From Callorhinchus milii (Eukaryota), in the NCBI RefSeq assembly GCF_018977255.1, contig NW_024704755.1, positions 3,410,001-3,474,000 of the forward strand: a stretch of DNA of 64,000 nucleotides, written 5' to 3'. Positions 61,496 to 64,000 of the stretch are shown here, piece after piece. The notes under the pieces are model-generated. The model was given only the letters and a program-made list of their open reading frames with translations, was not told where the DNA came from and made no database searches. Numbering within the stretch: position 1 is the stretch's first letter; every line of letters begins with the position of its first letter. The position numbers were made by a program, and so were the translations under genes.

Positions 61496-64000
61496 ATATA
61501 TATACATATATACAATTCTATTCTGCTAAACTTACAACAATAAAGGTCCTGTGTAATGCTTGTTCAAGACTATTCGGTCTTAAAATTTAAGCGCGTGCAG
61601 AATTGCGAAACATTTTAAACTGAGCCTTAATTTAGGAGCCATTCTTTGGAAAGATTTAATTTAACAATTTTCCCCAATTCCGCACCACCTTAAATATTCC
61701 AGACAAAATGAAGGTGAAGGCTTATGAAAGAATTTCAGGCCTTTAGCTGGCAATCATTATTCACCTTTACAAATAATAAAGCATTCTTCTCCATGACAGT
61801 GATAGTTCGATGACCAGTGTTCCATTGTTGAGTTAGATTATGTAAGGGTAAAATAGCATGTTGTTGTGATAAAAGTGTCACATAATAAGCCAGTGCTTAT
61901 ACTGTGCAGGGGAAATCGAGGAGAGACAAATTGCCATGAAGGACAAAGCAAAACCAGTCCTTCGATAAGACAATTATTATCAATTGTTCAGTATAGCACA
62001 AATTCTGATTATTACTTTTCCATTCTCTAATGATTTAATTGAGATGCCAGCATCTGCCTGAATCACTGCCTTGTTTTTCTGATTTTTCCAGTTCTCCAAG
62101 TGACTACTTCATCTGAAATGGAGAACCCTAAAGTCTCTGTCAAATGGCGTGCTGAAATGGTTATCGACATCTCAGTTATACTGGTAACAGGCTACATACA
62201 GGGCTGGCTCACTCGCAGTGACTCCACGATCAAATCTTAATGTACAACAGTTATAGACATTGTGTCTTTAAAATACTATGGATTGATTTGAAGATATAAA
62301 CATTGTGCTAGATTATAGAAAGTTTAGCTGTGCAGAATAAAGTCTTTTGTCACTATTGGAAAAACTAAGGTTTCTTTCACTAGCAAGCTGCCCAGCATTG
62401 ATTCTTCTCTTTATAATCCTGAGTGCAACTTATTTACAGGAAAACTTTAAAAGATCATTTATCACAATATGAAAGATGCTTTGCTTATCTCTTTCAAAAA
62501 TCCTTGTAATTGGCATACCGCCTTTCACGTCTCAAAGGCTTTCACCAGATGTATTGCGAAATGCAGTCCCTGTGTATTTTGCAGACAAATATGAGTGAAT
62601 TATCAATAAACTGAAAAATCATATAATATCCAGCATCAATATTCCCTTACCAACGAGCTTCAGACTAGCAAATGAGAATAATAATCCTTGCATTTGATAC
62701 AGCACCTTATTCCATCAAAACATTTCAAAACACTCTGCATAATTGATATAGTGACTGTTAATGTTTATAACAAATTTAGCAATTAATCTGCACCAGCAAC
62801 ATCTCACAAACAGTCACCAAATCATTCTTTTTGGATGCTTAATTAATGGCCAGAACAGGTTAATCGTCAGGAAGGCCAGGACATTGGATTCAATTCAGAG
62901 ACAGCTTGAAGCTGAAATGGGAGGACAGTCGGGGCAGGTGGGCTGGAAAGGTGAGATCAAATGGACTGAAAAGTCTTTTTCATCTGAATATTTCTTGCAA
63001 TTTGGCTCAAAAGCTGTTCAGTTTCCATGCATAATCTCCTTATGTACTCATACCACGTCATTCCTCCCAGAGCTTCAGGATAAGAATAACAGCAGTGCAA
63101 AAAAAATAAAGTTATGATTTGAATATTCATCTACAGAACGCATTGCACGATAAACCAGGCTTGCAACCACTATTGTTATCAGCACTGATGGATGGGGTGA
63201 TAATTAAATCTTGCCCCCCTAAGCCATGTGTTGCACTCAGACACAAATTAACTGAACATTGCTCTGCGTTCAGCTGCAAGTGCCTCACATTTAGCCCACA
63301 TACACTACACAGTGTGATCAATACTTTATTTGAGGTTGGGTGGTGCATCGCCAGTCCATTTGAAATGGAAATTACCAGATATATATCAGCTACGTTTGCT
63401 GTCAATTTTTGATGTTTTATTTTACCGTTACATTGGACTGAAGGCAGGAAGGGAGATCATCCACATGGCAGAACAATCCCCAAGATAAAATTGGTCAATC
63501 GCGTGGTTGTTTATGGGGACATTGCCTCATTCGCCCATACAATAAACGGTCACTACACTTTACAGCACTCTGCGATGCTATCCTGTATGAAGGGCGCGAG
63601 ATCAATGCAAGTTTTCAGGGTTGATTTCTGTGAAGCACTTTGAGGTGTCCACTCAACATGAAAGGCTTCAAATACAAGAAATTATATGAGTTCAATTCAT
63701 GCGATTCTGTGCAAAAACATACAAGTGGAAATTTTACAGGGCATCAATGCTGATTTGCTGATGGGTGACTGTGTGCGACAGGCTTCTGTGATTCATTCAA
63801 TGCTCACATTTATAGACGTGGGAACTGCTCAGACCCTGAAAGGTAACTCTTGTGCTTGAACCTAATGTTCTCAATCAACCCACTTTTGCCATTGGACTGA
63901 GTTACAGCCTTGCCAAAATGTGCCACGCTGAACCGAGTCAATGCCTCGCAGTGCTTTATATTGATCAAAATGAATAGTTTCTGAACTAATTCGTCCTCAG

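Larger units (their letters stand above)
135..63690. repeat. Dispersed short SINE-tail fragments (about 25-30 further copies on both strands)
   Basis: Consensus cacagtcacttcactttacagta.attctgtgaagcgctttgagacgtc...gtga(t/a)aaggcgctatatcaaatgcaaggattatt. Approximate starts: 135+, 4045+, 4255+, 7318+, 8350+, 10270+, 11555-, 13478-, 14190-, 14335+, 14785-, 19625+, 19835+, 23612+, 26838-, 29741-, 33563-, 37560+, 38910-, 39088-, 40480-, 48330+, 49610-, 54160-, 54235-, 62495-, 62678-, 63480+. Confidence 0.85.

Noticed and set aside
1-64000. A novel multi-gene biological system
   Set aside because: All convincing coding sequence is explained by cdh13 exons and decayed LINEs. I found no nested gene, intact transposase or viral insert by eye, although short nested exons or ncRNAs cannot be excluded without searches.

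Overview
Eukaryotic (vertebrate) DNA, not prokaryotic. The window appears to lie inside one large minus-strand gene, cadherin-13 (T-cadherin, cdh13). Five consecutive internal coding exons are present (56971-57149, 24431-24571, 19220-19402, 18222-18475, 7807-7949). All have AG/GT splice sites and splice into one frame with phases 1-0-0-0-2-1. Their lengths (179, 141, 183, 254, 143 nt) match what I recall for human CDH13 exons 7-11, and they encode the EC2-EC4 region. I found no neighbouring exons inside the window. About 98.5% of the sequence is intron, dense in retroposons: roughly 40 copies or fragments of two tRNA-headed SINE families sharing one L2-type 3' tail, L2 LINE remnants (one with an RT YADD fragment) and CR1-type remnants. 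This repeat landscape suggests a cartilaginous fish, probably a chimaera such as the elephant shark (inference). Nearly all ORFs in the supplied track are spurious. I see no CRISPR array, operon or convincing new protein-coding system. The most notable items are non-coding: the modular SINE/LINE tail system, an L2 tail at the likely exon-11 branch point, an inverted SINE duplex beside the exon-7 acceptor, fold-back junctions, a 32-bp-phased motif cluster and candidate conserved non-coding elements. Repeat boundaries are by-eye estimates.
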